64,000 nt of DNA from Bacilli bacterium (GTDB taxonomy: Bacteria > Bacillota_I > Bacilli_A > RF39 > UBA660). The translations under genes and the position numbers were made by a program. The stretch spans positions 6,236 through 70,235 of the forward strand of contig JBJEEA010000003.1 in the NCBI GenBank assembly GCA_051872635.1, in the 5' to 3' direction. The notes under the pieces are model-generated. The model searched no databases, had not been told where the DNA came from, and was given only the letters and a program-made list of their open reading frames with translations. This document shows positions 9,732-19,700 of the stretch, piece after piece (within the stretch, counting starts at the first letter, position 1; each line of letters begins with the position of its first letter).

Positions 9732-11297
9732 ATGGATATTAGTTATATTGTTAAAGAGATTAAGAGTACTGATAATTTTGATTTAAATACTTATTACGCT
9801 ATGATAAAAAAATATGGAAAAAGATTATGTAAAGATGCTTTTGATGAGATTTTGCAAAATAGTAATAATAGAGATAATACTTTTAATGATTTTTTTGATG
9901 CATATTTTTCTTTTGAAATTGATGATATGGAAATTAATAATGATTCTTATTTGCTATTAGCTCAAAAATATGGGGAAGATACTGTTAGTGATTATTTTAA
10001 GAGATTAATGGAAGTTAATGGTATTAATCATGCTTTGATTAAGGAAAAATTTGAAGATATATATCAATATGTAGACATTGATAATGAAAGATTTTGCATA
10101 AATGATGATTTTTACTCTAATGATTCTATAAAAATGTACATGAGTGAAATTGGTAAGTTTAAACCATTTAGTGTTAGTGAAGAAAAGAAGCAATTTAATA
10201 TATTAAATGAAGCTAAAAAAAATATAGACATTGCCAATATTGATGATAATGGTTCATTATCTTTTAATAATATTACTAATATTATTTATTCTATATCTTG
10301 CGTAGAGCAAATTAAATTACTAAATAGAATTAGAAAATATTTAAATGGTAAAGATAAAGAAATCATAGATAAGTATATTAAGTTATGGAAAAAAGTTAAT
10401 AAAGGTAGTAAAGAAAGAAATTCTTTGCCAAATATTGATACTATTGAAAACAATTCACTAAATAATAATACTATTGATAGTGATTATCTAATTAAGCAAC
10501 TTGAATATATATTAATTTATAATGAGACGCGAGAACTTATTATCAATTCTAATCTTAGATTGGCTATTTATAATGCTAAAAAATATTTTAATAAAACTAA
10601 TAATTTAAGTCCATTAGATTTAATTCAAGCTGGAAATTTAGGACTTATAAGAGCTATTGAAAAATTTGATATTAGTAAAGGATATAAATTTTCAACTTAT
10701 GCAACATGGTGGATTAATCAGTCAATTATAAGAGATTTAGCGGAAAATTCTAGAAATATAAGAATTCCAGTCAATCTTCAAGAAAAAATAAGACAAATGG
10801 AAAAAGCTAAATCACAAGAAGAGAGAGAGATGTACAAACCCCATACATTAGATGAATTTAATATTGAATATGTTAAAGGTTTAATTCACGGTACCTCTTT
10901 TACTTCTTTGAATTCTCCTATGGGAGATGATAATAACTGTACGATTCAGGATGCTATTCCTTCTTCTGATAAATTACTAGATGAGGTTATTTTTGATATT
11001 GAACGTGATAATAAAGTAAGAGAAGCGTTAGATACTTTGACTGATAAAGAAAAATTTGTAATTATACATAGATTTGGTTTTTATGGTAATGATATTTTAA
11101 CACTTGAAAGTATTGCTAAAAAGCTTGGTGTTACTAGGGAAAGAATTAGACAGATAGAGGCAAAAGCTATTAGAAGACTTAAAAGTCCATGTACGAAAAA
11201 CAATTTAATTGACTTTTGTCAAAAACCTAATTCTAATCATAATACAACTGATTTAAATAGCATAAGAGCTGGTAAAACTAAGACTAAAAAGGTATAA
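9732..11297 (+). CDS. Sigma-70 family (group 1/2-like) RNA polymerase sigma factor with long atypical N-terminal half
   Basis: Region 2 DLIQAGNLGLIRAIEKFDISKGYKFSTYATWWINQSIIRDLA, IRIPVNL, region 4.2 LGVTRERIRQIEAKAIRRLK; ~270 aa precede region 2. Confidence 0.8.
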   Translation: MDISYIVKEIKSTDNFDLNTYYAMIKKYGKRLCKDAFDEILQNSNNRDNTFNDFFDAYFSFEIDDMEINNDSYLLLAQKYGEDTVSDYFKRLMEVNGINHALIKEKFEDIYQYVDIDNERFCINDDFYSNDSIKMYMSEIGKFKPFSVSEEKKQFNILNEAKKNIDIANIDDNGSLSFNNITNIIYSISCVEQIKLLNRIRKYLNGKDKEIIDKYIKLWKKVNKGSKERNSLPNIDTIENNSLNNNTIDSDYLIKQLEYILIYNETRELIINSNLRLAIYNAKKYFNKTNNLSPLDLIQAGNLGLIRAIEKFDISKGYKFSTYATWWINQSIIRDLAENSRNIRIPVNLQEKIRQMEKAKSQEEREMYKPHTLDEFNIEYVKGLIHGTSFTSLNSPMGDDNNCTIQDAIPSSDKLLDEVIFDIERDNKVREALDTLTDKEKFVIIHRFGFYGNDILTLESIAKKLGVTRERIRQIEAKAIRRLKSPCTKNNLIDFCQKPNSNHNTTDLNSIRAGKTKTKKV

Positions 11298-11316
11298 GGT
11301 ATACTTATACTTTTTT
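11292..11316 (+). terminator. Rho-independent terminator overlapping the sigma stop codon
   Basis: gtataag gtata cttatac then tttttt. Confidence 0.6.
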
Positions 11317-11367
11317 ATTTTCAAATGTAAAGAAAAGTGTTATAATTATAAAGAAAAGAGGGATGGT

Positions 11368-12138
11368 ATGTTACAAATTAAAAATTTAGATGTTTCTATT
11401 GATGAAAAAAAAATATTAAGTGATTTTAACTTAACTATTAATGATGGAGAAATTCATGCAATAATGGGTCCTAATGGGGTTGGTAAGAGTACTTTATCTA
11501 GAGTTATTATGGGAGATCCTAACTACAAAATTAATAATGGTGAAATTATTTTTGATAATGATAATTTGCTCCCTCTATCTACTGATGAAAGAGCTAAAAA
11601 AGGTATTTTTCTTGCTATGCAATACCCTATGGAAATTGAAGGTGTTTCTAATCAAGATTTTTTAAGAACCGCTATTTCTTCTATTAACAATAAAAGAATT
11701 GGATTATATGATTTTATATTAAAATGTGAAAAAGGAGCTGATGAACTTTCTATGAATAAAGAACTTATTCATAGAAGTCTCAATGTGGGCTTTTCTGGTG
11801 GTGAAAAAAAGAAAAATGAAGTTTTACAAATCAAATTATTTAACCCTAAATTAATTATTTTAGATGAACTAGATTCAGGACTTGATGTGGATAGTTTGAG
11901 AATTGTATCTGAAAATATAAAAAAATATAAGGATGAAAATCCTAATACTTCAATGATTATTATCACGCATCATCCAAAAATTTTAGAATATTTAAAGCCT
12001 AATTTTGTACATATTATAAATAAGGGAAAAATTATTAAGACAGGAGATTATAATTTAGCATTAAATATTGAAAAATGTGGATATAATGAATATAGTTATG
12101 ATACAAATATTATGGCAAAAGAGGAAGAACATGAATAA
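11368..12138 (+). CDS. sufC: Fe-S cluster assembly ATPase SufC
   Basis: Walker A GPNGVGKST, signature FSGGEKKK, Walker B LIILDELDSGLD. Confidence 0.9.
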   Translation: MLQIKNLDVSIDEKKILSDFNLTINDGEIHAIMGPNGVGKSTLSRVIMGDPNYKINNGEIIFDNDNLLPLSTDERAKKGIFLAMQYPMEIEGVSNQDFLRTAISSINNKRIGLYDFILKCEKGADELSMNKELIHRSLNVGFSGGEKKKNEVLQIKLFNPKLIILDELDSGLDVDSLRIVSENIKKYKDENPNTSMIIITHHPKILEYLKPNFVHIINKGKIIKTGDYNLALNIEKCGYNEYSYDTNIMAKEEEHE

Positions 12139-12892
12139 AATAAAGGTAGTTAATAATAAAATTATTCCTTTTGATAATAATGGGGTTAATACTTTTGATA
12201 ATAATATAATTTTTTTAGAAAATGGTAATTATTATATTGAATATATTGATTGTGATGATATAGATATTAACATTACTGTTAATGATAATATATGCATATC
12301 TTTATTTGAATTGTCCAGTGGTAACGATATTAAGACAAATATTAAATATAATATAAATAGAAATGCTTCTTTAATTTTAAGTAAATTTTATAATAATATT
12401 AATACTGAAGAAAAGATTAATATTTACTTAAATAAAGAGAATGCTGATATTAGATATAGTTTTTCTAGTATAAGTAGTGGCAATGAAAAATATTTATTTA
12501 ATATTTATCATTTGGATAAAAAGACTAATTCTAATATTTTTAATAAAGTTATTGCTAAAGAGGGAAGTTTAAATAATTTTGATATCAACAGTTTTGTGGA
12601 TAATGGAGTAAAAGACTGCTACTTAAAACAGGAGACAAAGATTGTAACTTTAGGAGAATCACAAAATAAGATTAATCCAAATATGTTTATAGGAGAAAAT
12701 AGTACTACTGCTATACATTCTTCAGTTATTGGTAGTGTCGATAATGATAGTTTATTTTATCTCATGACTAGAGGAATTGACTATAAAACTTCTATTAATT
12801 TAATTATTAAGGGTATGGTACTATCTAATATTAATCCTGACATGGATACGAGAAAAATAATACTTGATCTTTTAGAAAAATTAGGGGGGTGA
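12131..12892 (+). CDS. sufD: Short SufB/SufD-family Fe-S assembly protein
   Basis: C-terminal AIHSSVIGSVDNDSLFYLMTRGIDYKTSINLIIKGM matches the SufBD beta-helix end; ATG 12131 overlaps the sufC stop by 8 nt; only ~253 aa. Confidence 0.7.
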   Translation: MNKIKVVNNKIIPFDNNGVNTFDNNIIFLENGNYYIEYIDCDDIDINITVNDNICISLFELSSGNDIKTNIKYNINRNASLILSKFYNNINTEEKINIYLNKENADIRYSFSSISSGNEKYLFNIYHLDKKTNSNIFNKVIAKEGSLNNFDINSFVDNGVKDCYLKQETKIVTLGESQNKINPNMFIGENSTTAIHSSVIGSVDNDSLFYLMTRGIDYKTSINLIIKGMVLSNINPDMDTRKIILDLLEKLGG

Positions 12893-12896
12893 ATTT

Positions 12897-14093
12897 ATGA
12901 ATAGAGAGGATTTTAAAATACTAGAAAATAATTTAATATATTTTGATAATGGGGCTACTACTTTAAAACCTAAATGTGTAAGAGAGGCTATTATTAATTA
13001 CTATGACAAATATAGTGCTAATGCTCATAGGGGCGATTATAAAATAAGTGCCATTGTAGATAACTTATACGAAAACGTAAGGGAAAGAGTTAAAAACTTT
13101 ATTAATGCCAAAGAAAAATCTGAAGTTGTCTTTACTAGTGGTACTACTAATGGGATGAATATGATTGTATTTGGCTATTTTAAAAATTATTTGAAGAAAG
13201 GAGACGAAGTGCTTATTACACTTAGTGAGCATGCTTCAAATATTATTCCGTGGTTTGTTTTACAAGAAGAAATTGGCATTAAAGTTAAGTATATAGAACT
13301 CGATGAAAAACATGAAGTTAGTATTAATAACGTTAAAAAGGCCATTACTAATAAAACTAAGGTTATATCACTCGCACATATTACTAATGTTATTGGTGAT
13401 GAAAGACCAATTAAAGAAATTGCTAAATTAGCTCATGATAATGGTATACTACTTGTAGTAGATGCTGCTCAAAGCATAGCACATCAAAAAATGGATGTAC
13501 AAGACTTAGATATAGACTTTATGGCTTTTTCAGGTCATAAAATGTATGGTCCTACTGGCATAGGAATTTTATATGGTAAATTTGATTTACTTGATAAAAT
13601 GAAGCCACTTAATTATGGTGGTGGAATGAACGCTATTTTTACTAAAGAGGGATATGTAGAACTTAGAGAGATTCCAACGCGATTAGAAGGAGGGACACCT
13701 AATATTGAAGGAGTTATTGGTCTAGGAGAAGCTATATCTTATATAGAAAGTATTGGTATAGCAAAGATTAATGAATATGAAAAGAATCTTAGAAAATACT
13801 TAATCGATAAACTTAATAATCTTGATTTTATCGAAGTTTATAATAAAGATAATGATAGTAATATAGTAGCTTTTAATATTAAAGGTGTTTTTGCACAAGA
13901 TACTGCTATATACTTAGATAAGTATAATATATGTGTAAGAGCGGGTAATCACTGTGCTAAAATGATTGATAATGTATTTAATATTAGTAATACAGTCAGA
14001 ATAAGTCTTGCTTTTTATAATACTAAAGAAGAAATTGATTTACTTATTAATGTACTTAAGAATAGTGAAAATATATGGAAGGAAATACTGTAA
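12897..14093 (+). CDS. sufS: Cysteine desulfurase SufS (class V aminotransferase)
   Basis: YFDNGATTLKP, ANAHRG, FSGHKMYGPTGIG (PLP lysine), RAGNHCA active-site Cys loop. Confidence 0.9.
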   Translation: MNREDFKILENNLIYFDNGATTLKPKCVREAIINYYDKYSANAHRGDYKISAIVDNLYENVRERVKNFINAKEKSEVVFTSGTTNGMNMIVFGYFKNYLKKGDEVLITLSEHASNIIPWFVLQEEIGIKVKYIELDEKHEVSINNVKKAITNKTKVISLAHITNVIGDERPIKEIAKLAHDNGILLVVDAAQSIAHQKMDVQDLDIDFMAFSGHKMYGPTGIGILYGKFDLLDKMKPLNYGGGMNAIFTKEGYVELREIPTRLEGGTPNIEGVIGLGEAISYIESIGIAKINEYEKNLRKYLIDKLNNLDFIEVYNKDNDSNIVAFNIKGVFAQDTAIYLDKYNICVRAGNHCAKMIDNVFNISNTVRISLAFYNTKEEIDLLINVLKNSENIWKEIL

Positions 14094-14524
14094 TGGATAG
14101 AGATATTAAAAGAAGTATTATCTTAGATAATTATCAAAATCCTAATAAGAAATATAGAAGTGGAGAAGATTATATCAAGATTAATACGAGAAATGTAAGT
14201 TGTATTGATAATTTAGATATTTATTTGAAAGTTAATAATAATATAATTGAGGATGTTACTTTTGAAGGAGAAGCTTGTGTTATTAGCATATCATCTACTA
14301 ATATACTTATTAATTTACTCATTGGTAAGACTCGTGAAGAGGGTATATATATTATTGATAATTATTTAAAGATGATTAATGAAGAAGAATATGATAGAGA
14401 AGTACTTAAGGATCTATTAGTCTTTGATGATACTAGTAAACAGCCTTCTAGAATTAAATGTGCTACTTTAAGTGCTAATGGTATTAAAAATTATTTAGAG
14501 AAACAAGAAGATAATCACTCATAG
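14093..14524 (+). CDS. sufU: SufU/NifU-type sulfur acceptor scaffold
   Basis: LDNYQNP, three conserved Cys contexts (SCID, GEACVIS, RIKCATLS); TAATG overlap with sufS. Confidence 0.85.
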   Translation: MDRDIKRSIILDNYQNPNKKYRSGEDYIKINTRNVSCIDNLDIYLKVNNNIIEDVTFEGEACVISISSTNILINLLIGKTREEGIYIIDNYLKMINEEEYDREVLKDLLVFDDTSKQPSRIKCATLSANGIKNYLEKQEDNHS

Positions 14525-14546
14525 TTGTATGGGTGATTATTTTTGT

Positions 14547-14569
14547 CTATCAACAATATATGTGGATAG
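14547..14569. promoter_or_regulatory. Convergent DnaA-box-like pair, alternatively a bidirectional terminator hairpin
   Basis: ctatcaaca-atata-tgtggatag; the right element is 8/9 to the reverse complement of TTATCCACA; same architecture as the oriC motifs at 31922..31943 and 33597..33619; lies between convergent sufU and the XRE gene. Confidence 0.4.
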
Positions 14570-14595
14570 ACTAATTATTAATATAATATATTTTG

Positions 14596-15045
14596 TTATT
14601 TTTTTATTATACCGCAAATATAATCCATAGATATATTATATTTCTTACATATTTGATAGGCAAATGATGTTAATATTAGGGTTTTACCCTTTTCATAAGC
14701 GCATATTGTTGATGGTGTAGTATTTAAAAAAAATGCTAATTCTTTTTGAGTTATGTTATGTTCTTTTCTAAAGTTAACTATATTATTTCCTGATATTTCT
14801 TTATTTACTTTATAATCATATTCTTTAGCTTCTTTTCTTATATTCGATAAATTACATATATAGTCTAAACTTATATCAAAATATTTAGCAAATAATACTA
14901 GTTTTTTTAATGGTATTATTTCTACTTCTTTTTCCCATCTACAATATGTAGGTTGTGATACATTTAAAATATTTGCAATGGTTTTTTGACTTAATTCATT
15001 ATTTTCTCTGATATTTTGTAATCTAAAATCCATAAGTATCACCAT
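14596..15045 (-). CDS. XRE-family transcriptional regulator with two HTH domains
   Basis: Two tandem Cro/C1-type HTH units (LSQKTIANILNVSQPTYCRWE and ITQKELAFFLNTTPSTICAYE); start could be ATG 15033. Confidence 0.7.
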   Translation of the reverse strand: MVILMDFRLQNIRENNELSQKTIANILNVSQPTYCRWEKEVEIIPLKKLVLFAKYFDISLDYICNLSNIRKEAKEYDYKVNKEISGNNIVNFRKEHNITQKELAFFLNTTPSTICAYEKGKTLILTSFAYQICKKYNISMDYICGIIKK

Positions 15046-15134
15046 AATAATTGTCTCATTTTTTGTAAAATATTAATTTTTATATACGAAAATACGAATT
15101 ATATGATATAATTAATAATGGAAGGAGGATGAGT

Positions 15135-15809
15135 ATGAAGAAAGGGAAGAGTAATTATAGTATTACATTTAATACTGATATTTATACTATTAATAACTTA
15201 ATATACAGTTATTTACAGAGTAGTGGATTTTCTATGTATGATAAAAAGGGAGAAAAATACTATAGAGCTGGAGATGCTATGTTGGGATATAGAGGTTTTA
15301 ACTATAGTATAAACGGACAGACACTAACTATAGAAGCATGGCTTGATGGCGCTCTAGGAGATTTTCCTTTAGAACAAAATAGTCTTAATGTGACGGCTAT
15401 GAATTATAGAAACTCACTTAATACTTTATTTCAAGAGATTGAAAAATTAAATAATGGAGGAGAGAATATGAATAATCAGACTAATAATCAAATGAACTTT
15501 GACTCTAATACAGGAGAGTCTATTAATAATCAGCAAACACAAGTAAATAATAATTTTACTAAAACTTTTCAAGATGAAAATATTAAGAAAAAAGAAAAAA
15601 TGTGTGAAATTGGCTTTTGGCTATCTATCTTAGGATTAGTTTGTTCTTTCTTTGGTGTAGCATATGGAGTTATTATTTATATTATGGATTTCTATTTTGC
15701 ATCACAGGGTTTAAAAACTAGAAAAAGAGGAAAAGCAATTACTACAATTATTTTATCTATTATTTCTATCTTAATTATAATTTTTTCTTTAATTATAGCT
15801 AATATTTAA
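15135..15809 (+). CDS. Hypothetical protein with Asn/Gln-rich linker and C-terminal two-helix membrane anchor
   Basis: GGAGG SD 7 nt before ATG 15135; hydrophobic CEIGFWLSILGLVCSFFGVAYGVIIYI and AITTIILSIISILIIIFSLII segments. Confidence 0.5.
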   Translation: MKKGKSNYSITFNTDIYTINNLIYSYLQSSGFSMYDKKGEKYYRAGDAMLGYRGFNYSINGQTLTIEAWLDGALGDFPLEQNSLNVTAMNYRNSLNTLFQEIEKLNNGGENMNNQTNNQMNFDSNTGESINNQQTQVNNNFTKTFQDENIKKKEKMCEIGFWLSILGLVCSFFGVAYGVIIYIMDFYFASQGLKTRKRGKAITTIILSIISILIIIFSLIIANI

Positions 15810-15929
15810 TATGGATATATATGATATTATTGGTTATTGGCTCAATAGTATATTGATAATAATAATTATACTACTACTGCTTTTGTTAAATATAATATAA
15901 TTAAAAACAATAAGGTAATTAAGAAAAAG

Positions 15930-16532
15930 GTGCCTTTTAGGAATTATGCTTTTATAAAAAAAGGAAAAAGTAAGATTGCCTTTTATTCAAAAGATAAAGG
16001 AGAATTTAAAGTGAAGAAAGAAATTACAACTATTAAATATCCTCTTAGATATTTAGAACAAATTATAATAGTAGGATTAATTATTTATCTTGGTATTAAT
16101 TATAAATTAACATTTGCTAATAGTGGTTATTCTTTAATATTTGCTATTTTATGTATAACTGAGCTGTTTTCTATTATTTATATGTTAAGAAATAAAACTT
16201 ATTATTATATTGATAAAGCTGATTATAAATATTTAATTAAAAGAAAAGATTTAAATAGCAAAGAAGAGAGTGAAGATAGTGATGGGTTTGTTAGAAATCA
16301 TATTAGATATGATGATATAGATATTGATATTTTAAATGGCATTGATTTGTTATTTTCATTACCTAATAATAATATTATAAGTAAAAGAATTAAAGAAAAG
16401 GCACTTAGTTATTCTAAATATCAAATAGATAATATTGTTAATATTAATATTTTTTTAGGTATTAATATATATAATGTTATGTTTAAGAATAATAAATCTA
16501 AAGTAATTATTACTTTTAATAAATTAATATGA
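15930..16532 (+). CDS. Hypothetical membrane protein
   Basis: ORF with GTG start, two hydrophobic helices; start uncertain. Confidence 0.4.
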   Translation: MPFRNYAFIKKGKSKIAFYSKDKGEFKVKKEITTIKYPLRYLEQIIIVGLIIYLGINYKLTFANSGYSLIFAILCITELFSIIYMLRNKTYYYIDKADYKYLIKRKDLNSKEESEDSDGFVRNHIRYDDIDIDILNGIDLLFSLPNNNIISKRIKEKALSYSKYQIDNIVNINIFLGINIYNVMFKNNKSKVIITFNKLI

Positions 16533-16670
16533 TGAATTAATTTAGAGGCTATGTTAGGCTCTAAATTACTATGAAAAGACATTAGGCTTTTCATGTAGTG
16601 AGAGACTACAGGCTCGAACTAAAATAATAATAAAACTTTGTAAAAAGAATGTAAAGATATTTAATTTACT

Positions 16671-16688
16671 TCTTTTTTTTAGTATAAT
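16671..16688 (+). promoter_or_regulatory. polC core promoter (T-tract plus TAGTATAAT -10)
   Basis: tcttttttttagtataat, 26 nt upstream of ATG 16715; identical 18-mer at 22648..22665 before polA. Confidence 0.5.
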
Positions 16689-16714
16689 ATTAGATAGGAA
16701 GTTTAGGTGGTATT

Positions 16715-19700
16715 ATGCAGGATAAAATGAAAAAATTATTAGATCAAATTGGTATGAATAATAAATATTTAGAAAAGGCTAGTATTGAAAAAATAATTGT
16801 TTATGATAAAACTAACTTATGGGAATTTATTATTAATAATGATAAAGTTTTACCTGTATATATATATGATGAACTATGTAATAAATTAAAAAGGACTTTT
16901 AAGAGTATTAATGATATTAAAGTAGTTATTAATACGCTTGATGATTCTAATGAGTATTTAGAAGATTATTTTGATAAGCTTATGAACAATTTGATAAATG
17001 AAAGTGTTAAATATAAAAGTTTTGAAGGTAGAAATGTAAGACTTCAAGATAGCAAATATATATTTGATACTTATAATAAAGCTGAATATTCTTATGTGAT
17101 AGAAAAGAAAGAATATTTAAATAAATGGCTTAATAGATATGGATTTAAAAATAATGTGGAAATTATTTTAAATGAAAATAATGAAAAAGAAATTTTAAAT
17201 GAAATTGAAAAAGAAAAAGTAGTAGAAATGCCAGCGATTACTCCTAAAAAGGAAGTTATTCAAGAAGTTAAAACTGAAGAAAAAAAATATTTTAGACCAA
17301 AGAAAGATACTACTGTTACGCCAATTAAAGATTTATTATACGAAGTAGATAATGTAACAATAGAGGGAATGATCTTTGGTATTGATATGTTTGAAGCTAA
17401 AAGTGGATATAAGATTATTACTCTTAAGGTTACAGATAATACGGATAGTATTTATGTTAAAATGTTTACTAAAGATAACGAGGAATATGCTAGAATCAAA
17501 GATTTACTAAAAGAAGGAGCTTGGTATAATTTTTATGGTAAAGTACAAATGGATAAGTATGCTAATGAACTTACTTTTACTACTAGGTATAAAGATGTAG
17601 AGAGAATAGAGGCTCCTATTGTAAATAAAATAGAGGATAATGAAGAAGTTAAGAGAGTTGAACTACATGCTCATACAATGATGAGTCAGATGGATGGTAT
17701 TACCGGAATTGATCTAGGTAAACATACTTGTGAACTTGTAAGTAAAGCTATTGAAATGGGCTATAGAGGTGTTGCTATTACTGATCATAGTGGTTGTCAA
17801 GCTTTTCCTATTGCTTATGGCATTATATCTTCTTATAATAAAAAAATAGAGGATCCTAGTAAACATTTTAAAGGTTTATATGGTACAGAACTTACGTTAG
17901 TAGATGATACAGTTAATATTGTTATTAGGCCTACTGATGATTCTTTAATGGCATCTACTTATGTAGTATTTGATACAGAAACTACTGGTTTTAATGCCGG
18001 CGGAGAAGACTCAATGATTGAGATTGGTGCCGTTAAAATTAAAGAGGGAAATATTATTGATAGATTTGATGAATTAATTGATCCAAAAAGACCACTTCCA
18101 CAAAAAATTACTGATCTTACATGTATTACTGATGAAATGCTTAAAGGTAAAGATGATGAAGAGACCGTTACGAAGAGATTTTTAGAGTGGGCTGGAGATT
18201 TACCGCTAGTGGCACATAATGCTAAATTTGATATTTCTTTTATATCTAGTGCCATGAAAAAATATAATCTTGGAGAATTTGATTATACAGTTATTGATAC
18301 TTTAGAGCTATCTAGAGCACTTGATCAAGGCTTTGCTAGACATGGACTATCGGCCTTAGTTAAAAGATATAATGTTCCTTGGGACGAAGATGCTCATCAC
18401 AGGGCTGATTATGATGCTGAAGGTACCGCGTTAGTATTTCATAAGATGCTTCAAAAACTTGTCATGCAAAACTTTAATAAGATTAGTGATTTAGAGAAGT
18501 TAATTTCTAAAGATGAAATATATAAATTTGGTAGAACTTATCACTTTAATGCTATAGCTATGAATAAGAAAGGTCTTAAGAATTTATTTAAAATTATATC
18601 ACTTGCTAATACGACGTATTTATATAAAAGCCCTAGAATTCTTAGAAGTAAATTAAATGAACTTAGAGAAGGACTTTTAATTGGTAGTGGCTGCTACGAA
18701 AGTGAAGTATTTGTAGAAGCTAGAAGTAAAGAAGGGGAAGAGCTTACAAATATTATTAATTTTTATGACTATGTTGAAGTACAACCTCCAGAAGTTTATG
18801 GCCATTTAATTCAAACTAGTGATTTTAAAAATGAAGAAGAAATTAAAGAACATATTAGAAAGATAGTAGATGCTACCCATAGTGCTGGAAAGATAATAGT
18901 AGCTACGGGAGATGTACATCATTTTAGAAGAGAAGATAAAATATATCGTGAAATTATTGTAAACCAAAAGGTTCCTGGTGGAGGAAGGCATCCACTTGCT
19001 AAAAGTAGTATTACAAATATTCCTTCACAGCACTTTAGAACGACGAGAGAGATGCTTGATGACTTTGCTTTCTTAGGCAAAGAACTATCTTATGAAATTG
19101 TCGTTACGAATACGAATAAAATTTTAGATATGGTAGAGGAAATTGAAGTTATTATTGATACTGGTGGTATTCCTTTTTCACCTAGAGTTAAAAGTGATGA
19201 TGGTAAATCTTATTTGGACTGTCCGAGAGTTGTTACGGATTTAGTATTTGAAAGAGCAAAAGAATGGTATGGCGATCCCTTGCCACATAATATTGAAGAA
19301 AGAATTTCAAAAGAATTATATGGAGATATTGTCTATAAATGTTGGGAGACTAAAATAAAAGAAGATAATCCTGATATAAATAATGAAGAATTAGAAAAGG
19401 AGATTTTTAATAATTTACATAATACTCTAGTAGCGGGTTTTGATAAGGTAAAGGAACTTATTCGTGAATATGTTCTAAAAAATTGGAAAGAAGAAGATGG
19501 AAAAGCTGATGATAAGGCTATAGAAAAGAGAATAAAAAAAGAACTAGGAGGTATTATTGGTGGAGGGTTTGATCCAATATATTTAATTGCTCAAAGACTG
19601 GTTAAACACTCTAATGATGAGGGTTACTTGGTTGGTTCAAGAGGTTCTGTTGGTTCTTCTTTTGTGGCAACAATGATGGGCATTACGGAGGTTAATCCTC

